From NCBI RefSeq assembly GCF_009914755.1, contig NC_060930.1: a DNA stretch of 64,000 bases, one strand, 5' to 3'. Positions 1 through 13,965 of the stretch are shown here, piece after piece (the stretch's first letter is position 1; the number at the start of each line of letters is the position of its first letter). The position numbers were made by a program, and so were the translations under genes. Under the pieces are notes generated by a model. That model was given only the letters and a program-made list of their open reading frames with translations, had not been told where the DNA came from and ran no database searches. This DNA comes from the human T2T-CHM13v2.0 reference genome, Homo sapiens.

Positions 1-230
1 TGTCTAGGGATCACTACCTTGGACAAATTGCTTAATCTCTCTCTGCCTCAGTTTATTCATCTGTAAAATGATTTTAATAGCACCTACTGTATAGAGATGT
101 TTTTGACTCTTAAAAGAGGCTGTGCATGTAAATACCTCCACTAAATTAGAAGTATGCTTTTTGTTAGAAAAATTAACATAAACAACTTAGAATAGTGCCT
201 TTCATAGAATGAACACTCCGTATAGATGCT
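1..230 (+). mobile_element. MIR SINE fragment
   Basis: MIR core ctctgcctcagtttattcatctgtaaaatg; boundaries approximate. Confidence 0.7.
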
Positions 231-389
231 GTAATTCTATCATCTTTCATTTTGGATCATGAAAATCTGAACTAAGCTGCGAGAGGACTGTCCAAGTAAG
301 AATACAGGGTGGGTGTGAGGACACAAGCAGGCATGAGGGATAGAGTGATACAAGTGAGGTTTCGGCTCAAGACAACTTCTAGATACTGT

Positions 390-570
390 GCACCCATATG
401 CCAGCCATTGTCCTGCTTCACCACATGTGTCATTTAATCCACACACTAATTCTGTGAGGTGTGGCTATTAGCATCTCAGGGATGGCTGATGAAGAAACTG
501 AGGCTTAAAGAAGTTGTCATGTGCCCCAAATCATACTCCTAGTTAGTGATGGACCTGAGATAAGGAACCC
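390..570 (-). mobile_element. MIR SINE fragment
   Basis: reverse core gatgaagaaactgaggcttaaagaagtt; boundaries approximate. Confidence 0.65.
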
Positions 571-800
571 AGGAGGAGAGGTGCTTTTCATTGTTTTTGG
601 AGTTTATTGAAGATAATAAGGGCAGAGCTGATAGTTATTTTGAGAGGAAGGATGGACAGTGTATAGACTAGTTACCCTCTGAATTTGAAGATAAAAACTG
701 GAAAAAGTGATCCTAAGACATTTAAACTTGCAAAAAAACCCATAAAACTACTAGTGAATAAGTTCAACCACCTGTAGAAATGGCCAACTCTAAGAGGTGG

Positions 801-1525
<725 letters not shown>

Positions 1526-2394
1526 GTGTAAATCTTTTATGGCTAGAAATGGGGTATCATCCCATAAAAAGTAGAAGAGCTTTCACAGAAAGATCTGACA
1601 TAACATTTCTGGGGTAACTGTTGTGCTGTCTTGGCAAAAGGTTGAAGCATTGCCAGAAGTGTAGTGATAATCAGGAAAGACAAATACTAGGAATGTATTG
1701 GTTTTACCTTTGAAGGAAAAGTAAAGGGATTTGATAACATGAGTGTCCCAGGTCCCTTGGAAGCAGGTGTAGCTTTCTTCTATGGAGATGACTTTGTCCA
1801 TCTCTGATTACTGATGATGAAAATCATCCCGTGATCCTTTCTCAAGGTGTGGATATTCACTAAGCACTGTGATGGGGCATCTAATTTTCTGATATGGGTG
1901 CTGAGGAGAGGTGATACACTAACGTGATGACATCAGTACCTAGTTCCATTAGCATTCACATTGGTCACAAGGAAATTTTCTTAGTGTGGCACATTTCCAT
2001 AGTCATATCTTCTCTGAGCAAACCAACTGACCTGGCAACTGGTCAACTCTGACCTGGTTAGCCACCAAGTTTTGTCTCACTGGTAGTGTACTACACGAGG
2101 CTCTGCTTCAAGCAGCCAATAAGCTTGCCTCTTTGAAGTTCTTCTTTGCAATATAGAGTAGCGTTAATTCAGCAGGTTTCCTTGTTTTAACTTGGTATCA
2201 ATGAAGTGAGTTAAATTTGACCTATCCCTGAGAAGACTAAGAAGAGCACTCCAAGAAGGGTAGAGAAATCAGTTATTAGGATCATTTATTTTCTGGTTTA
2301 TGTTCTTTAAAGTACATGTTCTTTGTTGAGAATTAATAGTGAAATATAAAGAAACATTGTTGAAAAGCAAAGAGAACTGTGTGAATCCTTCTCA

Positions 2395-2610
2395 TCAACA
2401 TATTTATTGGGTGCTTACTGTGTACCAGGTATGAGGCTAAGTACTTCATATGTATTATATTATCTCATTTAATCTTCAAACTGTCTCCGAGAAATAAGCT
2501 TGCCATCTCCTTTTTACAGGTGACAAAACTGAGTCTCAGGTTAGAAACTTTGATTGTGTGACTCATGAGTAGTGAATTGGTATTTTGTCTCAAGTTTGTT
2601 GAACTCTAAA
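2395..2610 (-). mobile_element. MIR fragment
   Basis: tttattgggtgcttactgtgtaccagg...ttttacaggtgacaaaactgagtctcag. Confidence 0.7.
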
Positions 2611-4169
2611 ATCATAATTCTGTCTCCCTAGTATAAAAACATTTATATCCCACTACCCAGAAATAATCATTAACATTTTTGTACATTTTATTTATCTTTT
2701 TCTCTTTTCATTTCTGTTTTATAAAATTGGGATCATTTAACAAATAGATATTCCTATCTTGCTTTTTATTCACTTAACATAGGTTGTAAGCATTTGTCAT
2801 GCCATTGTTTGCACTTAAGCACAAGTTTTTTAAAAAGGCAGATTAATCAATAACTTTTGCCTTTTCTATAACATGAACATCAACAGGAAGCTATTAGGTT
2901 TCAAAGGTAAGGTTGATGTGTGGTAGATAATCGACAAGACAGGGGGATTTCCAGAAGGTTGTGATAAGTTAAAAGTCAGCCAGACAGAGTGAAGAAAGAG
3001 GTGAGTAAGCAGTTTCAAAGTCTTTACCTGATTTGGGCTTCCTGGTACCCAGGGCCATGTAGGTACAGAGGGAAAGAATGTGGGCAGAGGCAGGCCAAAC
3101 AAATGTGCAGCTTTTAAAAGATACTCTGAAGCAATCAGCCTGTATTTATGTAACAAAACACTCTGCTTATAGAGGTGCTTGGTGAAAGTATCATACCATG
3201 AACATTAACAGTTGATGTCTTGAAGTATTTAATCTTTGTTTTACAAAATGTTAAAGAACAAGCCTTCCATTCAGCGAGTGAATGAATGAGTGCTGGGTTA
3301 AGATGAACAAGTGGGTCTGAGCAAATTAGGCAAAACTGGAAGGTTGAGTGCCAGTAACTCAACACAGGCCCAACACAAAAGGTAGCCCAGAGCCAGTGGG
3401 GAAACCTAAGTAACACCAGAGAGGCTGAGGAGGACTGAAGTCTCTCTGCAGAGGCCGAAACGAAGTTGGCACAGCAGCAAGCACCTCGGGGACCTGAGGG
3501 AGTCTTTGGAATTTCCTGCTTCCTCATCTTACATTGAATGTGCTGCCTGTATTGTGGTGTGCCTGTTTACCTGGGTAGGAACTGATGGGCCACAGCATGG
3601 CAAGGACCTGTGCCCATTTGACATTAGCCATAAGTGGAGTCAAATGCCATGGAAATGTGCTTTATCACAATCACAGGGAGCACCTTTGCTTTAAGAAGGC
3701 CTTCCTCACCCCACCCCAGCCCCCTTTTAGGTCCTTGCTCTATTCAGGAGCTATGCATTATGTCGTTGGAGAAGATAAATTCCTTCTGCTCTTCCTCCTC
3801 ATCAGGGCCCTGCCTTTGGGTCTTGTCTCAAACTACTCAGCCTTCAGTTTTGAACAATTGGAGCATGGTAAAGAGGTCTCCTTTTTGCAGCTCATTGGCA
3901 TCTTCTGAGCAGATGCTTTGGTCTTCTGGAGCCCTTTCTCACTGCCAGTTGAGTTTATTCTTATCTCCAAAACCCTTCTTTACTGTGCTAGCAACTGTTC
4001 TGTCCTTCCTTAGGGATCCAAATTGTAAGAGATAAACTCAAAGAAATGTTCTAAATAAAGGCCACATATTTCATTATGAATAGCACAGCAAGCAATAGTG
4101 AAAGTCTTGGCAACAGTGTATGCTTCATTGTGATAAGGGACGTAGGGACAGGAACGAATTTTTAGAATG

Positions 4170-5700
4170 AGTTTTATTCTTTCATGAACATTTAACCAGT
4201 GCCATGAATTTGGGTTCTGTGCTAGAAGCTAGAGATAAATCAGTTTAGCAGTGGCTCTTGAGGGATTTAGGCCAGAAGGGTGGAAGGACCAAGTCCATCC
4301 GTGATGACACAGGACAGTGTGGAAAGTCCTGTCTCAGAGGTATTCCTGAAGGAGCTGGGAGGTTGTGGGGCATGCTCCATCATTTTGGGGGAAGTAAGCA
4401 GTATCAAAAAGACTTCCTGGGAAACATGACACTTAGGCTCTGAGCAGCAAGATGCAGATAGAGACAAATATCTGCATTTGTCTCAGAAGGTCATTTCTGG
4501 GCAGATGAAATAACATGAATGTGTGTCTGAAGGTTTGAAATAGCATGATGAATTTGGGGAAATGCAAGAAATTACTGGAGCCGGTGGAAAGAGATGAAGC
4601 TAGAGAGGGAGATGACAGCAAGATCACAAAAGGCTTGTGTGTTTGCTAAGGAATATTTTCTTGAAAGCTGTGGGGAATCATGAAAGGGTTTCAGGCAGGG
4701 GAATGGCTCACATATCACCCTGGCCCTAGCAGGGAGCATGAAGTCGATTAAGGACAGCCTGGATGTGGGAGGCCAGGCATCTATGTCAGGGGTGGAGGGC
4801 CTTGAGAGGGGATCAGTAGAAGAGAAGATCTTGGACCAGGCATGAGGACAACTAGCTGGTAGCTTGCTGGAGCGGGAGGGAGAGGTTTTGGGTCTGGATA
4901 AGTTCCCACTTCCCACCACAGGTAAGATGGGAGAGGCTGAAGAAATGATCAGGTCTGAGGGTAAAAGATGAGTTTATCTGTGGACATGTGGAGGGTGAGA
5001 TGCCGTTGGAGTATCTAGATGGAGCTGTTCAGTAGGCAGATGAATATAAAGTTCTGAGGCTCAGGGGAGAAACTTTAATAGGAGATACAGGTTTGAGAGT
5101 CATCCATCTGTCGGTGATGGTTCAAGCCACAGGTAGGAATGAAGTCAGTCAGGGAGAGGACATGGAATTGGAAAGGCAGATGAGCTTGCAGAATATCCCT
5201 GCTCAAGGGAAAGCAGAGAAAGAGGGGCCCTTGTAAGATTCTGAGAAGGAACAGCAGGAAGACTGGTCAGCAGTGGGGACTGGTAGTGTGGGAGCCAAGC
5301 AACAGAACGACAGAGCAGAGGTCATCACTTTAAACCTTATGGAGGTGACTGATTGCATGGGCTGGAGCTACTGTGCAGATTAATGGATGAAGCGTTGTCA
5401 TCGGTGAAACTGCCCAGGCATAACCTATAGAAAGGCAGAACCTTGGGAAGCACCATTGTTAAAGGACTGGTGAAAAGAAACTTGAGTAAGAGACTGGGAA
5501 GCAACAGGCAGGGAAACAAAGAAATTCTCGAGAGCTTTTATGATGGAACTTAAGGCAGGGCAGCACATTCAGAAGGGCTGTGGTGTAAAATGGGGGCAGA
5601 GTAGTCAATAAACGTGCACTGAAAAGTTTCCGTTGGATCTGGCATTTGGGAGGTCATCTGTGACACCAAAGACAGTGTCAAAAGTGGTTCACAGCCCACA
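4170..5700 (-). mobile_element. degenerate L2 LINE
   Basis: reverse L2 3' end followed by purine-rich L2-like body (ggacatgtggagggtgagatgcc, ggtttgagagtcatc); boundaries approximate. Confidence 0.6.
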
Positions 5701-6004
5701 TTGCTTGTTGTTTTATGCTTTTTCCCTTGACTGTTTTTGAAAGATCAGAGGAAGGCTTGAAACATATCCACAATTACCTTGAGGAAACAGCAGCGATCAC
5801 TGTTTCCTGCTGGATCTGCCAGTTCTAAGGGATGTGAGCAATTATTCTGGTGGTATGTGTCTTGGACAGCTAACAATGATATAATTAATGGAGGAATTTC
5901 ATAACACTCTGCTCATAATGTGTACATGTTTGATCAGCGTCTGGCATGGGTGTAAGCCATCCAGGCATTGCTGTTGCCACTACAAGGCAGACCCAGTAGG
6001 CAAA

Positions 6005-6347
6005 AGGTGGGAGTAGCTAGTCACCAATTATCTCCTTCTGGAGTCTGGTCGTTGGCCATGGTTAGGACCAGGGTGGTCTCTGGCCATTTCAGGTATGTTA
6101 TTCCATGTTAAGTGTTGAGAACCACAGGCAGTTAGTAGTCCCTCCTTCTAAGACTCTACTAATTGCATTTATCTCATTGTGTTTCCAAGTTTATTTCACT
6201 TTGGGATTTTTTTTTTTTAATTATAAAAGCAATATATGGTCATTAGAAAAAGTCAATGGAGGCAAGTAAAAGAAAAGTCAACAGACTGCCCTTCCCACTT
6301 CCAGACTCTCCCTGCCCTGGTGGAGGGTTGCCAATGTTGGTGTCACA
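6005..6347. repeat. left arm of long inverted duplication (pairs with 7605-7932)
   Basis: reverse complement aligns end to end with 7605-7932, including the exact block ctcaacacttaacatggaataaca. Confidence 0.92.
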
Positions 6348-7217
6348 CTGTATTGGGCTTATTTTTATGATAACCCTCTCCCCCTCTGTGTTATGAGATC
6401 ATAGTGGCCAGAGACTGTCCCTCTTGTATTCATCTTTGCCTCCTTACCTTCTGCCACATGGCCTGACATAAATAATCAGGGCCCATCATATATCAGTTGC
6501 TTAAATAATCAGATAAATGAAAGAATGAGTGAATGGAGTGATTTTTTAGGCTTTGCCCTTGGGACCATTGTTTCCATCCCTTTCACTGTAATTTTAGAGA
6601 TAAACTGGATACAAGAGGAGAGCACCATTTTTGTCACTTTTTGATTTGTAGGAATGCTTATTATATGGATGGTGCTGTGTGACAAGGTATGGGGTTTACA
6701 GCCCCTTTATCCTGCTAGAGGCACAGATTTATTGAATTATGTAGATAAAGTTAATCTCATTTAGAAACTGGTAGATGACTGGCAGAGAATAAATCAGAGA
6801 TGATGGGTGTAGCACTTCCATGGAATTATAAGATGTAATATTTGTAATATATTTTAAGTTTTTAAAATGCTTCTTTTAAAGAACTTAAAATGTATTATAA
6901 ATATCACATCTTTTAATTAGTTCTTATATTACTTCTATACAGTCTAGAAACTTACTACGCACTCTCTGCATGTCAGGCACTGGGATATTATCACAAGTAT
7001 AGCAGAAGGAAGATTCTTGGCTAAGAGAGGACAAAACACGGTCATATCCCTAGAGACATTCAAACCATGTGGACAAAGCTGCCTCTGTAGGTTTGAAAGG
7101 GAAGATAGAGAAAAATATCTTGAAGGTCAGCACAGAGAAAGGGGACATTCAGGAGTGATGGAAGCAAGAATTATTTTTACTTAGATTTTGGATTATGGCC
7201 TGTTTTCCTTCACTTCG

Positions 7218-7400
7218 AGCAGTTGTTTCTCCCAAGTGGGCTCTGGAACCACCTATATAGAATTCTTATTAAAATTGCATTTTTCTACCTCCTAAGGAAT
7301 ATGCAATCCAAATTTCCAGAGCAGGAACCCAGGAGTCTGCATTTTAAGAAATGCATGCAACTTTAAGAAAATTCATGCAACTCTAAATTGCAGCTAGGAG
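7218..7400. mobile_element. MER5-like hAT-Charlie fragment with internal 20-bp tandem duplication
   Basis: cagttgtttctcccaagtggg...ggaacccaggagtctgcattttaag; duplicated ttaagaaa..catgcaact at 7343-7382. Confidence 0.55.
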
Positions 7401-7604
7401 CCATTCATAAAATAGCATGACAGAACCTGAGCATTTCCTGACTGGGTCAAGACCCTAAACAGCATTTAGACCGAAAGGATGTCTTTACATTATGATCTTT
7501 TTCAGATAAGTCCGTGGAACAATGGCTTTACTACGTCCAGAAAATTATTTTTGCCCAGTTCAAAATTCAAGCATCTATTATAATGACCTGGATTACCAGG
7601 CCAT

Positions 7605-7932
7605 TGTGACACCAACATTGGCATCCTTCTGCCAGGGTAGGGAGAGTCTGGAAATAGGAGGGGCAGGTTGTTGACTTTTCCTTTACTTGTTTCTATTGAC
7701 TTTTTATAATGACTATATATTGCTTTATAATTAAAAAAAAATCCCAGAATGAAATAGACTTGGAAACACAATGGGATAAATGCAATATTATAATCTTAGA
7801 GCGAGGGAACACTGTCTGTCTGTGGTCCTCAACACTTAACATGGAATAACAGGCTTGAAGTGGCCAGAGCCCATGCTGGTCACAACCATAGCCAATGACC
7901 AAGAGAAAACTGGTGACTGGTTACTTCCACCT
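7605..7932. repeat. right arm of long inverted duplication (pairs with 6005-6347)
   Basis: tgtgacaccaacattggca...ttccacct is the reverse complement of the left arm, roughly 80-85% identity by eye. Confidence 0.92.
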
Positions 7933-8822
7933 CAGCAAAAGCTAACATTCCACCTTCTCTCTCCCTTTCACCCTAAGTTTGGATGACAGTGCCTATGAGA
8001 ATTGCTTTAGGACATAGAAATTGATCCAGTATCCCACAGTATATCATTTTCAGAGTGAGATTCAGCTGAAACACACTATATATTTTATTCTGATTCTCAG
8101 TCTTGAATTTTCTATAATTTGTAAGACAGTACTGGTTCTGCAAAATTTTCTCATAACAGTACGTCATAAGCACCACTCATTATAATTCTAAAAAAGGACT
8201 AAAACATTCATTCAATGGCAGAGCCAGAAGAATATATGTGCATGCTTCATTGATGAATACTTTGAAGGGGATAATACCAATTTCAATGTGTAAGTTCTGA
8301 TATGTTTCCTTTTATGAAGTTTAAATGTATTAGAAATATTTTACCTTTTCATCTGTAAGTTGACAACTTATAATTTTTAAGCTCTTAAGCTCTTTACAGT
8401 ATTTCTTTGAAAAATGTGAACATGTTTTTGAATTCTTTTTAGAATGCTTTTTGTACTCCATTTTCTGGTTTAATCTTTTTTAAAGGGTTACTTTTGAAAA
8501 GATGTACTTGTATTATAGTAGAAGGATTTTTTTTAAGATCAATTTTATTTCAAAATGAGAAGGCAGTTAAATTAGATCCAAACAGTCCTGCTTTTCATCC
8601 ATTTCCCACCACCTCCTTTCCCCATCCGCAACTAAACAAAACAGCTTTCCCTTGTCACATTGCTATTGTTACTTCCCATTGGAGGCAGTTTAACAAAGCC
8701 TTCAGTGCAGGCTCTAAAGGTTGGATCTGCTTCAATGTAAGAGCAGAAATAGCTTTATTATGGGGGTGAAGTGTGGATGGGAGCCATGAGTAATTGTCAG
8801 ATACCACACTAAAATGGGCAGG

Positions 8823-9135
8823 GCAACATGGACGGAGCTGGAGGCCACTATCCTACGGGAATTAACGCAGGAACAGAAACCCAGATAATGCAGGTTCTCA
8901 CTTATAAGTGGGCGCTAAACACTGAGAACACATGGACACAGAAGGGAACGACAGACACTGGGGCCGCTTTTAGGGTGACGGGTGAGAGAAGGGTTGAGGA
9001 TTGAAAAACTGCCTATTGGGTATTATTATGCTGATTACCTGGTACACCAGATTCCTGTGACACACAATTTACCCATGTAACAAATTTGCATGTGTACCTT
9101 TTGAACCTAAAATAGAAGTTAAAAAAAAATAAAAT
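8823..9135 (+). mobile_element. 5'-truncated L1 (old L1PA/L1PB) 3' end with A tail
   Basis: ttctcacttataagtggg...aatagaagttaaaaaaaa; TSD taaaatgg(g/c)cagg at 8810-8822 and 9135-9147. Confidence 0.9.
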
Positions 9136-9157
9136 AAAATGGCCAGGTCCTCATTGG

Positions 9158-9515
9158 CAGTGGTTCTCAACTGCATGTTAGATTCACCTACCTGCATGTA
9201 GGTGTTGTTGTTAATGTCCTTGAACAATGCCCGAGTCCTACCCCAGGCTGACTTTTCCAATTCTCAGGGGACGGTGGTCCCAGGTGATTTTGATCTCAGC
9301 CAGAGCTGAGAACCACTAAAGTTAAATCCCTCAGTGTTTTTTAGAGGTTGCCATTAGACCTCCTTTATCTGAATCTCCAAGAGTGCTGGGTTAAAGTGTA
9401 AATTCCTTCTCGTCATCCTAGATCTGCTGAATCAGTCGCTGGGAGTGGGACCAGACCATTCTTTAAGCGGGTCAGATGATTCTTTTGTGCTCTGAAGTTT
9501 GAGAATCCCCAGCCT
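9158..9515. mobile_element. two MER5-like DNA transposon fragments
   Basis: cagtggttctcaac...gagaaccact and ctgctgaatcag...aagtttgagaatc motifs. Confidence 0.6.
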
Positions 9516-10226
9516 CTGGGATAACCAGTGGTTATATTAAACCTGGATTAGGGATGTGCTTTGGAAAACAGTGGTGAGACTATTGAGAATCAGTGTTCTA
9601 GCTAGTTTATCTGGGCCAAAGGGCTTCTCCTGCCCTTCTGGAAAAGTGTGTTCACTCCTGGCCCTGCACCCTCCTCTCACCTTCTCTGTGTGTTACCCAG
9701 AGAAGGTTTTTTGGGTCTGAATGACTCATTCAGCCTGTGGCTGAGTCTCTAATTGACAAACACTATAGTTCGGGCGTGTGAGAGGAGAACACATAGTAGG
9801 ATGTCTGTCCCAGCTGACAAGAATCATAGATCCTATTTGGAAAGATAAGTGTTGCTTAGAAAGGCAGCACAGAGGGATGGAAGCTGGTAGCATTGAATTC
9901 ATGCCGAAAGAGTGAGCCTGACCATAGAGGCTTATTTGCTGTTCAGGGGAGGAAAAGATTCCCATGGCCTAAGGAAGGTGGAGAAGACTTCAGAGAAAGT
10001 TAAAGACTTCATTTCTGGATCAAAGCATTCATCCATTGGAAGACTCCATTTCTCTAGAGAATTCTGGTATGAACATACCAGTAGTTGTAATTTTGGCCAT
10101 ATTAAATGGGAATGATTAAAATGAGCTGTAATGTTGAGTGAAAGATATGTATCAGATGAATACAACTTTTTTCCCCTCATTTTTGATATTTGATTGCTGT
10201 CTTCTTGAAGTAGCCATTAACCTGAA

Positions 10227-10228
<2 letters not shown>

Positions 10229-10272
<44 letters not shown>
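10229..10272. repeat. (GT)22 microsatellite
   Basis: pure GT dinucleotide run. Confidence 0.97.
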
Positions 10273-10276
<4 letters not shown>

Positions 10277-12479
10277 TTATGTATATAGTTTTGGAAGAAG
10301 AGTAAGTAAAAAGTGCCAAACTGTCCACATTTTTTTCTGCACATTATCCCATATGAAACCTCACATTTAATATTCTGGAATTCACCTTTACTTTGTGTGT
10401 GTGTGAATCAGCATCTTGTACCCCAGGACATGTTTGTGTTTATTTAAGCCAACTCCGTGTGGGAGGAAAAGCTGAGGTATAAGGGTTATTTTGGTAATTG
10501 TGGCTTTAGGTGAAAACCTTTTTGATTAGGAAAAATTTCTGCCAGCGCAAGTACCAAGAATTGTGCAAAATAAAATTTTACAAAGGCCGTCTCTCTTTCC
10601 TGCCTCCCCTTCTGTACCATCAGGAGACCCATGCCGCTCAGCCTGTGTATGCTCTGGAAAGGCTGCTTGGAATTATGGCTTTGTCTACAAGGCTGGCTGC
10701 CTCCTCAGTGAGTCTGTGGTGGTTGGAATAATATGATAAATGGGATGCATTTGAAAAAAATTCTCCATTTAACATTTTTTTCCCCCTGCACACCCGGAAC
10801 AACAGCTGTGGTAGCAAATGCAGACTTGGCTCATGGATTCATATTTAGTCTTGTTTGACAATTCCAGATATTTTTAAGCAGGATTGAGTCAGGCAGCCCA
10901 CAGCACGGCATTCAAACTGTCTTAATCAGCCAGCCTGTTTGGCACACAAGGACTTTGTTTTATCCTAGTAGTAAATAATTCTAAATCAAGCAATATGATG
11001 TACTGAATGTACCCAAAGTCACAGCATTCAGTATTTTACTACAGCCTGTCAGCATCTCTTTTTACATGCTTGTTCTGTTCACTGCTAGTTGTTTTATTCA
11101 TTATAGCTTTTGAATTCCATTCTTGGCCAGGTCTGGATTCATGGTTTTCATACATAATAGGATCCTATGTTTTCTGCCCTGTGGCCCTTCCTCCCTGCCC
11201 TCCTCCCTTTACATAGCATTGCCAAGTAGATGCAGTGTTCATTTTTGCCCAGAAGGGTTTCCTATTGTGACACCTCATTTCCTTCTTAGGATCATGGGAT
11301 TTTGTCGTTTGCCTCTTCTGTGGATGAGTGAATCTCATCCCAAGAGCCTGTTTTCGATGTATGGGGTTTCTTACACTGTTCCAGGTCTTCCGCTCCCGGG
11401 CTCTTCTTCATCTCTCCACGTAGATAGGTCTCTGAAGTCTTTATGTTCAAGCCCTCCCTTCAGCTCTGTGGCTGTCCTTGCTGCCTTCTGAAGAAGGACT
11501 TTGTTTGTCTTGTCTACCTCTCTGCTAGCTCCTCAGATTTTCCAGATAAGTCAAACCCGAAAACATCAGAATGAACTTTCCCTTGACCTTGGTATTCTCC
11601 TCAAGCTATTCACCCTTTTTCTCTTCTGGTTGCCAGGCTTTTTGAAGGTATACTCTACCCCATGTTCTCAGATGTGGAGATTTAACAGAACAGTGTAATT
11701 TTTTTAATGGGATCTGACACAGGATTGCTAACTATTTTGATAATAAAAATATATCACCGTCATTTAGTAAAAGACAAAGATTTCAACCCACTAGTCAGGA
11801 TATAATCTCAGATTAAACAACAGTCCTTTTAAGTAAATAAATTCAGCTTTATTATCAGAAAACCTTTCTCTCCACTTCTTTCATTTTGCCAACTGTGAAT
11901 ACTGTGTCTCCGACTAGAATTTGACAACAACTGTGCATGCTCACTCTGTCTGCCTCCTCTTTATCTACTGCCTTCTCAATCTTTGTAAAAATAGTTTGGC
12001 GTTCCCTCAAACCACTCTGCCCTTGTCCTCTCAAAGATGACCACGGATTCCTGACAGCCAGGCCCACGTCTGTCTTACCTGTTGTGTTGCCACAATGATC
12101 CCCCCTCTGGGTGACTCTCTGCTCTTTTGACTTCTGGGACTACTCCGCAGTTCTCTTCCCCTCTGCCTCCTGGGTCTCCACAGAAGCCTGTGTCTTGTTC
12201 CCCTCCTCATAACAGCAGGTTCACTTCCCGGCAAACTTGCTTCCTCTCTCCCCACACTGCTCATCCACCCCCATCTCTGTGTAAAATGAGTACCAAATGG
12301 TATCTTGGAACCTCAGGCTTTGTTTCTGACTCCTCATTTTGTCTCTCCATATGCATTCCTCCAGCATTTTTGACTCCTGCAATGTATCTGGAGCTGATCA
12401 AATCTGACTTCAGACCCTCAACCGCTACTTTGCAGTCTTCCTCGGCCACGAGGCAGATGGCTGGAATTTCAGAGCCCTG

Positions 12480-12660
12480 CTCTTTCACATGTCAGCAGAA
12501 TGACCTTGGACAATTTATTTAATGTTTCCAAGCCTGCTTCTGCATCTGTTAATGGGACTCCTGCTATCTATCTCAATACTTGTGGCAAAGATTAGAGAGA
12601 ATGCATGCAAAGTGCCAGTCATGATACCCGGTACATAACAGGCCCTCAAAAATGGCAGCT
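12480..12660 (+). mobile_element. MIR fragment
   Basis: tgaccttggacaatttatttaat...catctgttaatggg. Confidence 0.6.
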
Positions 12661-13635
12661 CTTCTTGTGTGGAGTTATATAGTCAAAGAGGGCTTGGAGG
12701 GAAGTAATTCATTCCCCTTTGCACTTTTCCTGATCTGAGCCTGTCCTCTGCTGTTTCTCCCAGTGCCTAGGACTTACCACTTATGTCTAAAGTGGCAGTG
12801 ACACCAGCTGTCAGGTGACTAATTTTAACAAAGCCTTCTTTGAGCAATCGATAGTTGGAAAGCAATTCCAGATTTTCATTGGAAATAGAAATATTGTGCT
12901 TAAAAAATATAAAGTGTCCATATGGCTGAAAGGAGGCGATTGCGTGTGCACTCTTGATACCATGGCAGCCAGCTGGAGCACAGGCGCCAGCTCAGCATCG
13001 GCCAGGATGAGCCATAGTGCACATTTTCTTAGCAGGAGTTGATGTAGCATTTTGAGAATTCAGTGTGCTAACAAGAATATTAATCTGCTGTAATAATTCC
13101 TCTCCTCTCATAGTAGAGGACAGTGTTGTATGGGAAGAAGATCAAGTTCTATGTAATCTTGCTTTTGCATTATCCATAGCACTTTAATATTGGTAAATAT
13201 AGAAGGTGATCAGTACAGATGTTAATAGTTTACATGAGAAGCATGAGAAGGAAAACCTAAGTGGGCTTACCTGTAGGTCACATCTTATATATTTTCTCCT
13301 TAAACACTCAAAACACAAACGTAATTAGACTCAAATGGGGAAATTGTTTATCTTGAGCAAGTCCCAAGGTGACGTAAAGAATGTCTGTGCAGAAGGTTGT
13401 TAGTCTTTGATATCTACATGCAATTGCTGATTCCTGTTAGGGTTCCCTCTGCCTCTGGACCTCTTGATGGGACAGTTCGTGGAGTAGTTTTATTATTGAG
13501 GGTACTATTTGTTTATGCCATATTATTTTTTGTTTGTCTCTGATTTGTTTTAACATCAGCGATGTGGCAGTGAGGGTACTGTCTTCAAATTCTTGATTGC
13601 TTATGCAGTTACATGTTTTTTAAATCTAATATTAG

Positions 13636-13965
<330 letters not shown>

